Below are positions 56,281-64,000 of a stretch of DNA of 64,000 bases, one piece after another; within the stretch, counting starts at the first letter, position 1; every line of letters starts with the position of its first letter. A program made the translations under genes and the position numbers. Origin of the DNA: Escherichia coli. Its GTDB lineage: Bacteria; Pseudomonadota; Gammaproteobacteria; Enterobacterales; Enterobacteriaceae. The stretch is taken from assembly GCF_041248615.1 (NCBI RefSeq), contig NZ_CP158426.1; one strand, given 5' to 3'. The notes below the pieces were generated by a model. The model did no database searches. It worked only from the letters and a program-made list of their open reading frames with translations, and was not told the DNA's origin.

Positions 56281-58293
56281 TTACAACACCTCGCGAACCG
56301 AGATCCCCAGACGCTGCATTCGTGACAGCAGCGTGGTGCGCTTCATCCCTAATCGTGTCGCCGCGCCACGGGGCCCGGCAACAATGCCATTGGTTTCTCG
56401 CAATACCTGAACAATGCGCTGACGTTCTTCTTCGTCATTCTCTGGCGTCGTCGGGTGCAGCAACTGTGCCATTGAACTGCGAAGCGCTGAATCTTCATTT
56501 AGCGTCGGCAGTAAACGGCTTTGTCGGACATTAAGATGTAAATTCAGACTGTTACCGCGAGTCAGTAGTACCGCCCGCTCAATCACGTTTTCCAGCTCGC
56601 GCACGTTGCCCGGCCAGTCCCACGACATCAACTGGCGTAGCGCCTCGGTCGGGATGGCGTCAATTGCGCGATTCATATGGCGCGCCATTTTTTGCGTGAA
56701 ATGTTTTGCTAAAAGAGGGATATCTTCCGGACGGTCGCGTAGCGGGGGCAATTCCAGTGGGAAGACATTCAGGCGATAAAAGAGATCGCTGCGAAACTGG
56801 CGATCTTCAACCATTTGCCACAAATCACGGTTGGTGGCGGCAATGACTCTGACATTTACCGGGATCGTTCTACTCCCGCCGAGACGCTCAATCTCCCGTT
56901 CCTGCAATACGCGCAGCAGTTTAGGCTGAAGTTCTAACGGCAGATCGCCAATTTCATCGAGAAACAACGTGCCGCCATCGGCAATTTCAAAACGACCACG
57001 ATGGGTATTAATCGCACCAGTAAATGCCCCTTTGTCATGACCGAATAACTCACTTTCCAGAAGACTGGCGGGGATGGCAGCGCAGTTGATTTTGACCAGT
57101 GGCTTGTCGCGTCGTGGGCTAAGTTGATGGATCGCTCTGGCGATCACCTCTTTGCCGGTTCCGGTTTCACCACAAATCAACACCGTACTGTCGCTCTTCG
57201 CCACAATATCTACCTGCTGGAGCAAATCTTCCATTGCCTGGCTTTGATAGATAATGTCACCGACGCCCAGATTCGAAAGGAGCTGCTCGCTAAGCTGGTG
57301 GTTTTCTTGCTGCAAGCTTTCCTGCAAATCGGTCATGCTGCGCCAGGCATCGGCATTGCCAACGGCAATAGCGATGCGATCGGCAATATGTTGTAGTAGC
57401 TGGCAGTTTTCCTCACTAAAGAGAGTGGAAGAGGTATGCGCCAGCAACAATGCGCCCGGTGTATGGTTGCCAAAGGTGAGCGGTATAAGGAGCGCAGATT
57501 CGCAGCCGTTAGATGCAAGTAAGTGTAATAACGGGTCGCGTTGCCAGAGAAACAGATCGTCTGCACGGTGCGTCAAGGTCGGTTGTCGGGTTTGTAGCGT
57601 TTGTGTCAGCAATACACTTTCGCCAGGCATACAGCGTGGCAGACACGCACAATGTGAGGCAGAAAGATCGCTGCACCACAGGCTGAACTTCTCGTTCTTT
57701 CGATGATCGCCCAGTACCATACTGACTGAAGCCAGACCGAAAAAATGATGGATCTCACGAGCGACGTCAGCGATCAGATCGTCGAGATCAAGATGTGACA
57801 ACACTGCATTAGTGATATCCACCAGTACCCGATGATGATCGCGATCTTTCTCCAGCAAACGCAGCGCCACCTGCTGTTCTTCATCATTGAGCCATGATTG
57901 CAGAACCGGAGTGATTATGTGTGCCAGCCAGTTAAACAGTGTGCAATCCTGGGGAGTAAAACGACTGCCGTGGGTGCGAATAAAGCGTAGCTCCGCCATT
58001 CCACTACTGCCGAGAAGGACGGCGTGGCGCGAATAATCGACCATCTCACCCTGATACTCTGTTGTTGCCGTCACATCGCTGCCATCATCATGGTAGCGGT
58101 AATAGAAGTTGCTTTTGAGAACATGCAGTTCAATAAGTTGTACCGGGCTGAACGGCGGCGGCAGCGGGATGAAGGCGCGTAATAAAGACGCCTTGCCGTG
58201 TTTCTGCGCTAACCGCTCCGCGAGCATTCCGTTTACCGCTTCAATTGTTATTCCTTGCGGCGGGGCAAACATCGCCTCGTCTGACATAGCCAT
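56281..58293 (-). CDS. hyfR: Sigma54-dependent activator HyfR
   Basis: GAF region, AAA+ domain ([14 protein letters not shown]) and a C-terminal Fis-type HTH; 670 aa counted from the second Met. Confidence 0.9.
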   Translation of the reverse strand: MAMSDEAMFAPPQGITIEAVNGMLAERLAQKHGKASLLRAFIPLPPPFSPVQLIELHVLKSNFYYRYHDDGSDVTATTEYQGEMVDYSRHAVLLGSSGMAELRFIRTHGSRFTPQDCTLFNWLAHIITPVLQSWLNDEEQQVALRLLEKDRDHHRVLVDITNAVLSHLDLDDLIADVAREIHHFFGLASVSMVLGDHRKNEKFSLWCSDLSASHCACLPRCMPGESVLLTQTLQTRQPTLTHRADDLFLWQRDPLLHLLASNGCESALLIPLTFGNHTPGALLLAHTSSTLFSEENCQLLQHIADRIAIAVGNADAWRSMTDLQESLQQENHQLSEQLLSNLGVGDIIYQSQAMEDLLQQVDIVAKSDSTVLICGETGTGKEVIARAIHQLSPRRDKPLVKINCAAIPASLLESELFGHDKGAFTGAINTHRGRFEIADGGTLFLDEIGDLPLELQPKLLRVLQEREIERLGGSRTIPVNVRVIAATNRDLWQMVEDRQFRSDLFYRLNVFPLELPPLRDRPEDIPLLAKHFTQKMARHMNRAIDAIPTEALRQLMSWDWPGNVRELENVIERAVLLTRGNSLNLHLNVRQSRLLPTLNEDSALRSSMAQLLHPTTPENDEEERQRIVQVLRETNGIVAGPRGAATRLGMKRTTLLSRMQRLGISVREVL

Positions 58294-58322
58294 CAACAGT
58301 CCTTATTAATGAGAAATCCTTC

Positions 58323-58736
58323 TCACGCAATTTTTCTGGCCATCAGATAGATGGCCGGTTCCTGCACAATTTCATCCAACAGATGAATGAATTGAATGCT
58401 ACGCGCCTGCCACACAGACGTCGCGTCATCCGCCAGTGGCGCGAATGCCCGGGTCAACAGGGCGGTGTGGCTGGTGTCAATAACAATCTCACCAAAAGTC
58501 ATCACCCCCAGCATCTTACGTCGGGCTTGCTCCTCTTCGACCAGTGCAAGCCAATCTTCGTATTCCGTCAGTGGGCAGCGGAAGGCGACATTCAGACAAT
58601 CAATCACGCCAACGTGATGGCCGATAGCCAACGAGTAATACATTACCTGGGAGCTGTGTTCCGGCATCTCGTCGCTACTGGCGATAAATTTTTTTCGCAG
58701 CGTCCAGAAAACAATTTCCCTGCACTCCTCAGCCAT
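58323..58736 (-). CDS. hyfJ: Hydrogenase-4 maturation/accessory protein HyfJ
   Basis: 137 aa. Assigned by synteny within the hyf operon. Confidence 0.85.
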   Translation of the reverse strand: MAEECREIVFWTLRKKFIASSDEMPEHSSQVMYYSLAIGHHVGVIDCLNVAFRCPLTEYEDWLALVEEEQARRKMLGVMTFGEIVIDTSHTALLTRAFAPLADDATSVWQARSIQFIHLLDEIVQEPAIYLMARKIA

Positions 58737-59487
58737 GTAACCCCCGGAGAACGCGAAAGAGTTGCTGAACGATACTATTGAGACGCGGATCGTCGGCTTC
58801 GCGCAACCAGGTGTTAACCCGATTTCCTGTGGGATCGTCGCTTAAATGGCGCAGGAGTCGATCGCAAATTTCTCGCCCTTGACGATAGCCCGCCAGCCGC
58901 CTCGCTTCTCGCTCAATGGCGATACGCTGTGATGGCGGGATCTGCGGCCACAGCGGTTGCATGGTCACCCCGGTGGGATCGCGATAATCCACCGCGTGAA
59001 TCTTCTGTTGCAGCAAACCGAGCGCCACGGCGAAACCGTGAATGGTGGCGGCCGGTGTTGGCGGGCAGCCGGGGATCCAAACATCAATGGGGACAATGGT
59101 GTCGCTGCCGCCCCAGACGCTGTAGAGATCGTGGAAAATACCGCCGCCGACACCGCACGCGCCGTAGGAAACACAGATTTTATGATCGGGGGCAGACTCA
59201 TACGCCCGAAGTGCAGGCATACGCATCGCCCGGGTGACTGCGCCAGTAAATAACAAAATATCGGCGTGACGCGGTGATGAAACAACCTTAATGCCAAAAC
59301 GTTCTGCGTCGAATACTGGTGTGATGGCGGCAAAAATTTCGATTTCACAGGCGTTGCAGCCGCCGCAATCGACGCGATAAACGTAGGCTGAGCGACGGAT
59401 ATCCTGTAGCAAATGCCGCTTCATCTTTTGCGTTTGCTCGTCCAGCGTGATGGGCTGGCTGACATGTTGTGTAAGCACTGGACTCAT
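58729..59487 (-). CDS. hyfI: Hydrogenase-4 small subunit HyfI (NuoB-like)
   Basis: CGGCN and GCPP iron-sulfur cluster motifs; 252 aa. Confidence 0.9.
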   Translation of the reverse strand: MSPVLTQHVSQPITLDEQTQKMKRHLLQDIRRSAYVYRVDCGGCNACEIEIFAAITPVFDAERFGIKVVSSPRHADILLFTGAVTRAMRMPALRAYESAPDHKICVSYGACGVGGGIFHDLYSVWGGSDTIVPIDVWIPGCPPTPAATIHGFAVALGLLQQKIHAVDYRDPTGVTMQPLWPQIPPSQRIAIEREARRLAGYRQGREICDRLLRHLSDDPTGNRVNTWLREADDPRLNSIVQQLFRVLRGLHG

Positions 59488-60029
59488 AGCTGCTCCTTAG
59501 CCACCAGCGGTACATCTGTGTTGTCGTTAATCAGCGTCGCGTGTTGTTTGCATTCCGGGCAGACGCTCGCTTGCGCCCGCAACATTTCGCGGTTTTGTGG
59601 CGCATTTTGTTGCTGTGCCAACAGTTCTGCAGCCAGTGCGACGGTTTTTTGCGGGGCAAACGGGCGTTCGCAACGGCTGCAGCGTTGTAGATGGAACGTC
59701 GCGCGGGTATAGAGATCGGCTTTATTGGTGACGGTCAGTTCAAAGTTATTGGTAAGCTGGATGGCTCTGGTCGGGCACACTTCTTCACAACGTCCGCAGT
59801 AAATACAACGCCCCAGATAGAGCTGCCAGGTGCGCGAATTTTGCTGGTCGTTGGTCTGGATAGTCAGCGCATTTGCCGGACAAGCACAGGCGCAGGCACC
59901 GCAGGCAATACATTGGCTGGGCATCAGGTCCGGTTTCCCGCGAAAGCCTGGGCTGACCTCCAGTGGCGCGAAGGGATATTTCACCGTCGCGGTTCCGGCG
60001 CGCATAATAGTTTTAAGTAACTTCAGCAT
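59484..60029 (-). CDS. hyfH: Hydrogenase-4 ferredoxin-type subunit HyfH
   Basis: Two CxxCxxCxxxCP 4Fe-4S motifs; 181 aa. Confidence 0.9.
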   Translation of the reverse strand: MLKLLKTIMRAGTATVKYPFAPLEVSPGFRGKPDLMPSQCIACGACACACPANALTIQTNDQQNSRTWQLYLGRCIYCGRCEEVCPTRAIQLTNNFELTVTNKADLYTRATFHLQRCSRCERPFAPQKTVALAAELLAQQQNAPQNREMLRAQASVCPECKQHATLINDNTDVPLVAKEQL

Positions 60030-60038
60030 TTTCTGTCC

Positions 60039-61754
60039 TTACTTCAGCGGCGAACGGTTACGATCAATGCCGTAGCGTTCGATCTCTTTATACGGCACGG
60101 TTTTTGACTGGCGCTTGCGCACATCAACCAGCGTCACACGGTCGGTACAGGAGTAGCAGGGATCAAGGCTACCGATAATTAGCGGTGCGTCAGAAACGGT
60201 ATTGCCGCGCAGCATGTAACGCAGCACTGGCCAGTTGGCGTAGGTGGCGGCACGACAGCGCCAGCGGAACAATTTTTGGTTATCACCGAGCATGCTCCAG
60301 TGCACGTCTTCACCACGTGGCGCTTCAACAAAGCCCAGCGCGAATGCGTGAGGTTTATAGCTAAAGCCTTCGGTCAGCAGTGGGGTATCTGGCATGTTGT
60401 CGAGGGCAAATTCCAGCATTGCCAGCGAATCAAACGTCTCTTTGACACGGACCATCACGCGGGAGAAGACATCGCCGCCGGTAAAGGTAAACAGCGTTTT
60501 GGGAATATTGCCGTAGTCGGCGTAGGGGTGATCAAAGCGCAAATCACGGGCAAAACCACTGCCGCGGATCAGCGGCCCGACAGGGCTATAATCACGGGCG
60601 ATTTGTCGGTCGAGAATGCCAATGCCCTGAGTGCGTTGTTCCATATTCGGCGTGGCAAGTAGCATCTCTACCAGCTCCGACACGTCGGCGCGCATCTCGC
60701 GCACCAGTTTCAGCGTTTGCAGACGTTGCTCTTTGAGAATATCGCGGCGCACACCACCAATCAGATTCAGACCGTAGGTTTTACGCGACCCGGTCAGCAA
60801 TTCCGCCATCGTCATCGACTTTTCCCGCACGCGGAAAAATTGCATAAAGCCGGTATCAAAACCAACAAAATGGCAGGAGAGGCCAAGGTTGAGCAAATGA
60901 CTATGCAGCCGTTCGACTTCCAGCAGAATCGAGCGAATAGTATGCGCTCGTTGCGGCACCTCAATCCCCAGTGCATTTTCAACCGAGTTGGTATAGGCCA
61001 CACTGTGGGCAAAACCGCAAATCCCACACACGCGGTCGGATAAGAAGGTCACTTCGTTGTAGCCCATCCGCGTTTCTGCCAGTTTCTCCATGCCGCGATG
61101 GACATAAAACAGGCGGTAATCAGCATCGACAATTTGCTCGCCATCCACAAACAAGCGGAAGTGACCTGGTTCATCGGAGGTGATATGCAGCGGGCCGACA
61201 GGGATCACCCGCGCATCGCTGTTGCCCTCGTTGATAAACGGATACGTTTCGGTATCAGTCGTCGGTTCTGGGCGCAGTCGATAATCCATCGCGTCTTTGC
61301 GCAGCGGATGCATATCTTCCGGCCAGTCATCGGGCAACACCAGCCGACGCTGATCCGGCAGGCCAACCGGAATCAGCCCGTACATATCGCGAATTTCTCG
61401 CTCGCCCCAGACCGCGGCAGGGACGCGCGGTGTGACTGACGGAAACTCCCGACTGTCGGCATCGACCAGTGCCTTCACCACGATCCAGCATTTTTCGGCC
61501 CCTTCCATAGAAAGGGCATAATAAACCGCGTAATGACCGTTAAGTGTCCGCTCGTCGTTGCCAAACAGGACTGGAAGCCAGCCATCATGTTGATAATAAA
61601 GATAATGCACAACGTCAGGCAGCAGATTGATTTTCACCGTAATGGTGACCTGTTCAGGCGTTTGTCGCTCTTCATCCAGCACCGCGCCGGGGAACTGCAT
61701 TTTCAGGGCGGCGAGAATCGCTTCGCCACGATTTGACGATGAATTAACGTTCAC
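60039..61754 (-). CDS. hyfG: Hydrogenase-4 large subunit HyfG (NuoCD-like)
   Basis: RVCGICG and DPCYSCTDR NiFe-binding motifs. The start is uncertain; I chose the GTG at 61754 ([10 protein letters not shown]). Confidence 0.85.
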   Translation of the reverse strand: MNVNSSSNRGEAILAALKMQFPGAVLDEERQTPEQVTITVKINLLPDVVHYLYYQHDGWLPVLFGNDERTLNGHYAVYYALSMEGAEKCWIVVKALVDADSREFPSVTPRVPAAVWGEREIRDMYGLIPVGLPDQRRLVLPDDWPEDMHPLRKDAMDYRLRPEPTTDTETYPFINEGNSDARVIPVGPLHITSDEPGHFRLFVDGEQIVDADYRLFYVHRGMEKLAETRMGYNEVTFLSDRVCGICGFAHSVAYTNSVENALGIEVPQRAHTIRSILLEVERLHSHLLNLGLSCHFVGFDTGFMQFFRVREKSMTMAELLTGSRKTYGLNLIGGVRRDILKEQRLQTLKLVREMRADVSELVEMLLATPNMEQRTQGIGILDRQIARDYSPVGPLIRGSGFARDLRFDHPYADYGNIPKTLFTFTGGDVFSRVMVRVKETFDSLAMLEFALDNMPDTPLLTEGFSYKPHAFALGFVEAPRGEDVHWSMLGDNQKLFRWRCRAATYANWPVLRYMLRGNTVSDAPLIIGSLDPCYSCTDRVTLVDVRKRQSKTVPYKEIERYGIDRNRSPLK

Positions 61755-63324
61755 TGTGTTTCTCCGAAACAGATGCGGTGCCTGAAGGCAAAAAATCATG
61801 CCAGGTGCTACGTTGTGCAGGCAGGTCGTGCGTCCCTGAGAGGACTATAGTGGAAGCGCCCGCCAGGATCCTGATGACAGGTTGTGGAATATGCGTTCCC
61901 ATCGCCAGCATCATGACCAGCAGAATCACCATTGGCGAGGTGGTCAACCAGCCAAGTTCACCCCGGTTAACGGCCTGCGGCGGTTTCGCCATTAACACCC
62001 GCGCAGCCATCCGTACCAGGCCCGCCAGCACCAGCGTTAACAGCAATAACAGCAGGACGATAAGCAGCAGATGATTACGCGCCAGTCCGGCGGTAACGGT
62101 CATAAATTCGCTAAGAAAAATGTTGAAGGGCGGCATCCCTGCCAACGCCAGCGCACCGCCGCCAAACAGCACGGCGGTAAATGGCATGATTTTAAGCATT
62201 CCGCAGACGACGTTGAGATCGCGCGTGCCGTACTTGAGCAGTACATTGCCGGAACCGCAGAACAGCAGCGTTTTTGCCAGACTGTGGTTTAAGGTGTGCA
62301 GCAGCGCAGCAAAAATTCCCAGCGGCCCGCCAATGCCTAGCGCCACCGCGACCAGTCCCATGTTCTCCACGCTGGAGTACGCCAGCAGACGCTTAATGTC
62401 CCGCTGTACCAGAATGAAAAATGCCGCCACGGCAACCGACAACATGCCGAAGATGAGCAACAACCGGTTGGGGAAATCGCTGCCGATGGCCTGGCAGATA
62501 ATGATGTAATAGCGAATCAGCACCAACAGCGCGCAGTTCAGCAATACGGCGGAGAGCAGGGCGCTGACCGGACTCGGCGCTTCACTGTGAGCATCTGGCA
62601 GCCAGGCGTGCATGGGGAATAGCCCGGTTTTGGTGCCAAAGCCAATTAGCACAAACACAAAGGCCAACAGCATTAATGTTGGGTCAAGCAAGGACGATTG
62701 CTTAAGAACCTCGCTCCAGAATATCGCCATTTCTGCCTGCGGCATAACGCTGGCGGCGTTGGCGTATACCAGCACGGTACCGAACAGACCAAAAGCGACA
62801 CCAACAGTACAAATAATGATGTACTTCCATGCAGCTTCCAGCGATGAACGCTGACCGTAAATGCCTACCAGAAACGCCGAGCTTAAGGTGGTGGCTTCGA
62901 TTGCCGCCCACATCACAATCAGGTTATTGCTGGTAACAACCAGCAGCATGGTGAACAAAAACAGATGGAAGAAACCGTAGTAATCGCACAGCGTAACGGG
63001 TGAAAGCTCGCCGTGTGCCACTTCATGACGCATGTAGCCAATCGAGTAAACACCGGTGAGAAAGCCAATCACACCAAGAATGGCGAGGAACAAACCGCCC
63101 AGACCATCAATGTGAAGCCACAGTCCCGCAGCGAATATTTCTCCCGCATCAGCGGCAGTTTGGACCACCCACAGTGCCAGAATCAGCAGCAGTGTGATCC
63201 CTAAGCCATGTAGTACTGTCACCGTGCGAGTCGCAGAGTGCCCCCGTTTCCGGCAGGCAAAACAGAGCAGCGAAAAAAGCAGCGGCGTGAGCAGGAGTAA
63301 AGCGAACATCACAGAATAACTCAT
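61744..63324 (-). CDS. hyfF: Hydrogenase-4 membrane subunit HyfF (NuoL/M/N-like antiporter)
   Basis: 526-aa polytopic protein. Synteny agrees. Confidence 0.9.
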   Translation of the reverse strand: MSYSVMFALLLLTPLLFSLLCFACRKRGHSATRTVTVLHGLGITLLLILALWVVQTAADAGEIFAAGLWLHIDGLGGLFLAILGVIGFLTGVYSIGYMRHEVAHGELSPVTLCDYYGFFHLFLFTMLLVVTSNNLIVMWAAIEATTLSSAFLVGIYGQRSSLEAAWKYIIICTVGVAFGLFGTVLVYANAASVMPQAEMAIFWSEVLKQSSLLDPTLMLLAFVFVLIGFGTKTGLFPMHAWLPDAHSEAPSPVSALLSAVLLNCALLVLIRYYIIICQAIGSDFPNRLLLIFGMLSVAVAAFFILVQRDIKRLLAYSSVENMGLVAVALGIGGPLGIFAALLHTLNHSLAKTLLFCGSGNVLLKYGTRDLNVVCGMLKIMPFTAVLFGGGALALAGMPPFNIFLSEFMTVTAGLARNHLLLIVLLLLLLTLVLAGLVRMAARVLMAKPPQAVNRGELGWLTTSPMVILLVMMLAMGTHIPQPVIRILAGASTIVLSGTHDLPAQRSTWHDFLPSGTASVSEKHSER

Positions 63325-63328
63325 CTCA

Positions 63329-63979
63329 TTATCCCTTCAGCGCGGTCAAGTTATTCACGTCCAGCGTGCCGTGGGTACGCCATATTTTTCTTGCCAGTAA
63401 CACCATCACAATGACGGCGAAGATGGCGTCGGTAGCGATACCAATTTCCACCAGTTCCGGTGCACGCCAGGCAAGAAGCGCCAGTACCAGATGGGAGCCG
63501 TTTTCCATCAGGCAGTAACCAAAAATTTGCCGCAGGATATTGCGCTGGCTGACAATGCACAGCAGGCCAAGCAGAAAATGACCTAACGCCACCGCCAGCG
63601 CTGGTTTCAGCCCGGTAGCCATCGGTAGCTTCACGGGCTGAACGACAAATGCGCAAAGCAGGACAATTAACGCCGCGAGCAGTGTCATCATTGCCGGACC
63701 GAGTAACGCTTTTTCCGGGATGTTCTGGGGAATATTTCGTGCAGCGTAAGTCATGACTAACGGTACCAGCAGCACTTTGGTGATAAAGGCGCTGGCGGAC
63801 CAGATCAGCAGTTGCTCTGCGACGAACAGGCACGAGAGGGTGGCGAAAATAGACACCAGCACCAGCGACTGGCAGGCGTAAAATCCGCATGACAGGCGAT
63901 AGCTTTTGACGCTAATCACAAACAGCGATGTCAGCATCATCAGTCCCGCCAGATTATTTACGATCATAGAACCGGTCAT
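63329..63979 (-). CDS. hyfE: Hydrogenase-4 membrane subunit HyfE
   Basis: 216-aa polytopic protein. Synteny agrees. Confidence 0.9.
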   Translation of the reverse strand: MTGSMIVNNLAGLMMLTSLFVISVKSYRLSCGFYACQSLVLVSIFATLSCLFVAEQLLIWSASAFITKVLLVPLVMTYAARNIPQNIPEKALLGPAMMTLLAALIVLLCAFVVQPVKLPMATGLKPALAVALGHFLLGLLCIVSQRNILRQIFGYCLMENGSHLVLALLAWRAPELVEIGIATDAIFAVIVMVLLARKIWRTHGTLDVNNLTALKG

Positions 63980-63982
63980 TCA

Positions 63983-64000
63983 TCATCTCCTTACTGCAAC
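63983..64000 (-). CDS. hyfD: 3' tip of hyfD (truncated by the window edge)
   Basis: Only the last few codons and a stop lie upstream of hyfE. Assigned by operon order; the frame is not certain. Confidence 0.35.
   Translation of the reverse strand, partial: VAVRR

Overview
The window has two parts. (1) Positions 1 to about 39266 are an integrated temperate podovirus prophage. By gene order and protein motifs it resembles the epsilon15/phiV10 type. Modules in order: P4-type integrase (5' end cut by the window), MT-A70 methylase, AlpA/Xis, RecT plus RecE-like exonuclease, a repressor/Cro switch, O/P replication genes with in-gene iterons, a mixed early region (DUF1064, HNH, Ea22-like, methylase, DUF551, ASCH), terS/terL, a minus-strand insert (gp49-like gene plus tRNA-Arg UCU), T7-type portal, scaffold, capsid, decoration protein, adaptor/nozzle, internal virion proteins, a minus-strand accessory island, tailspike, two holins, GH19 endolysin and Rz/Rz1. 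The right junction keeps a guaA 3' end (ATTGAGTGGGAATGA = IEWE-stop) at 39252-39266. (2) Positions 39.3-64 kb are ordinary E. coli K-12-type core chromosome in reverse orientation: yfgI, yfgH, yfgG, pdeF(yfgF), ppx, ppk, purN, purM, upp, uraA, hda, yfgD, bepA, perM, focB, hyfR, hyfJIHGFE and the tip of hyfD. I saw nothing unusual there. No CRISPR array, rRNA or IS element was seen. The observations most worth follow-up are all in the prophage. (a) A 17-bp palindrome, ATTACC-N5-GGTAAT, occurs at least 14 times, always intergenic and at the head of transcription units. Three pairs sit exactly 62 bp apart. (b) An SOS-linked antirepressor locus has a perfect LexA box, two paralogous antirepressor-domain proteins and a roughly 300-nt leader. 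The leader contains an operator-controlled promoter, an intrinsic terminator and repeated 8-nt and 7-nt segments that could sequester or free the ant ribosome-binding site. (c) An AT-rich accessory gene for a 179-aa membrane-anchored protein is preceded by an operator, a 10-codon mini-ORF and a strong terminator. (d) A tRNA-Arg(UCU) transcription unit has a roughly 320-nt structured, non-coding 5' leader. (e) The perfect 12-bp palindrome GTGACATGTCAC occurs three times, each at a module junction near a terminator. All functional readings of these are inference from sequence and have not been tested.
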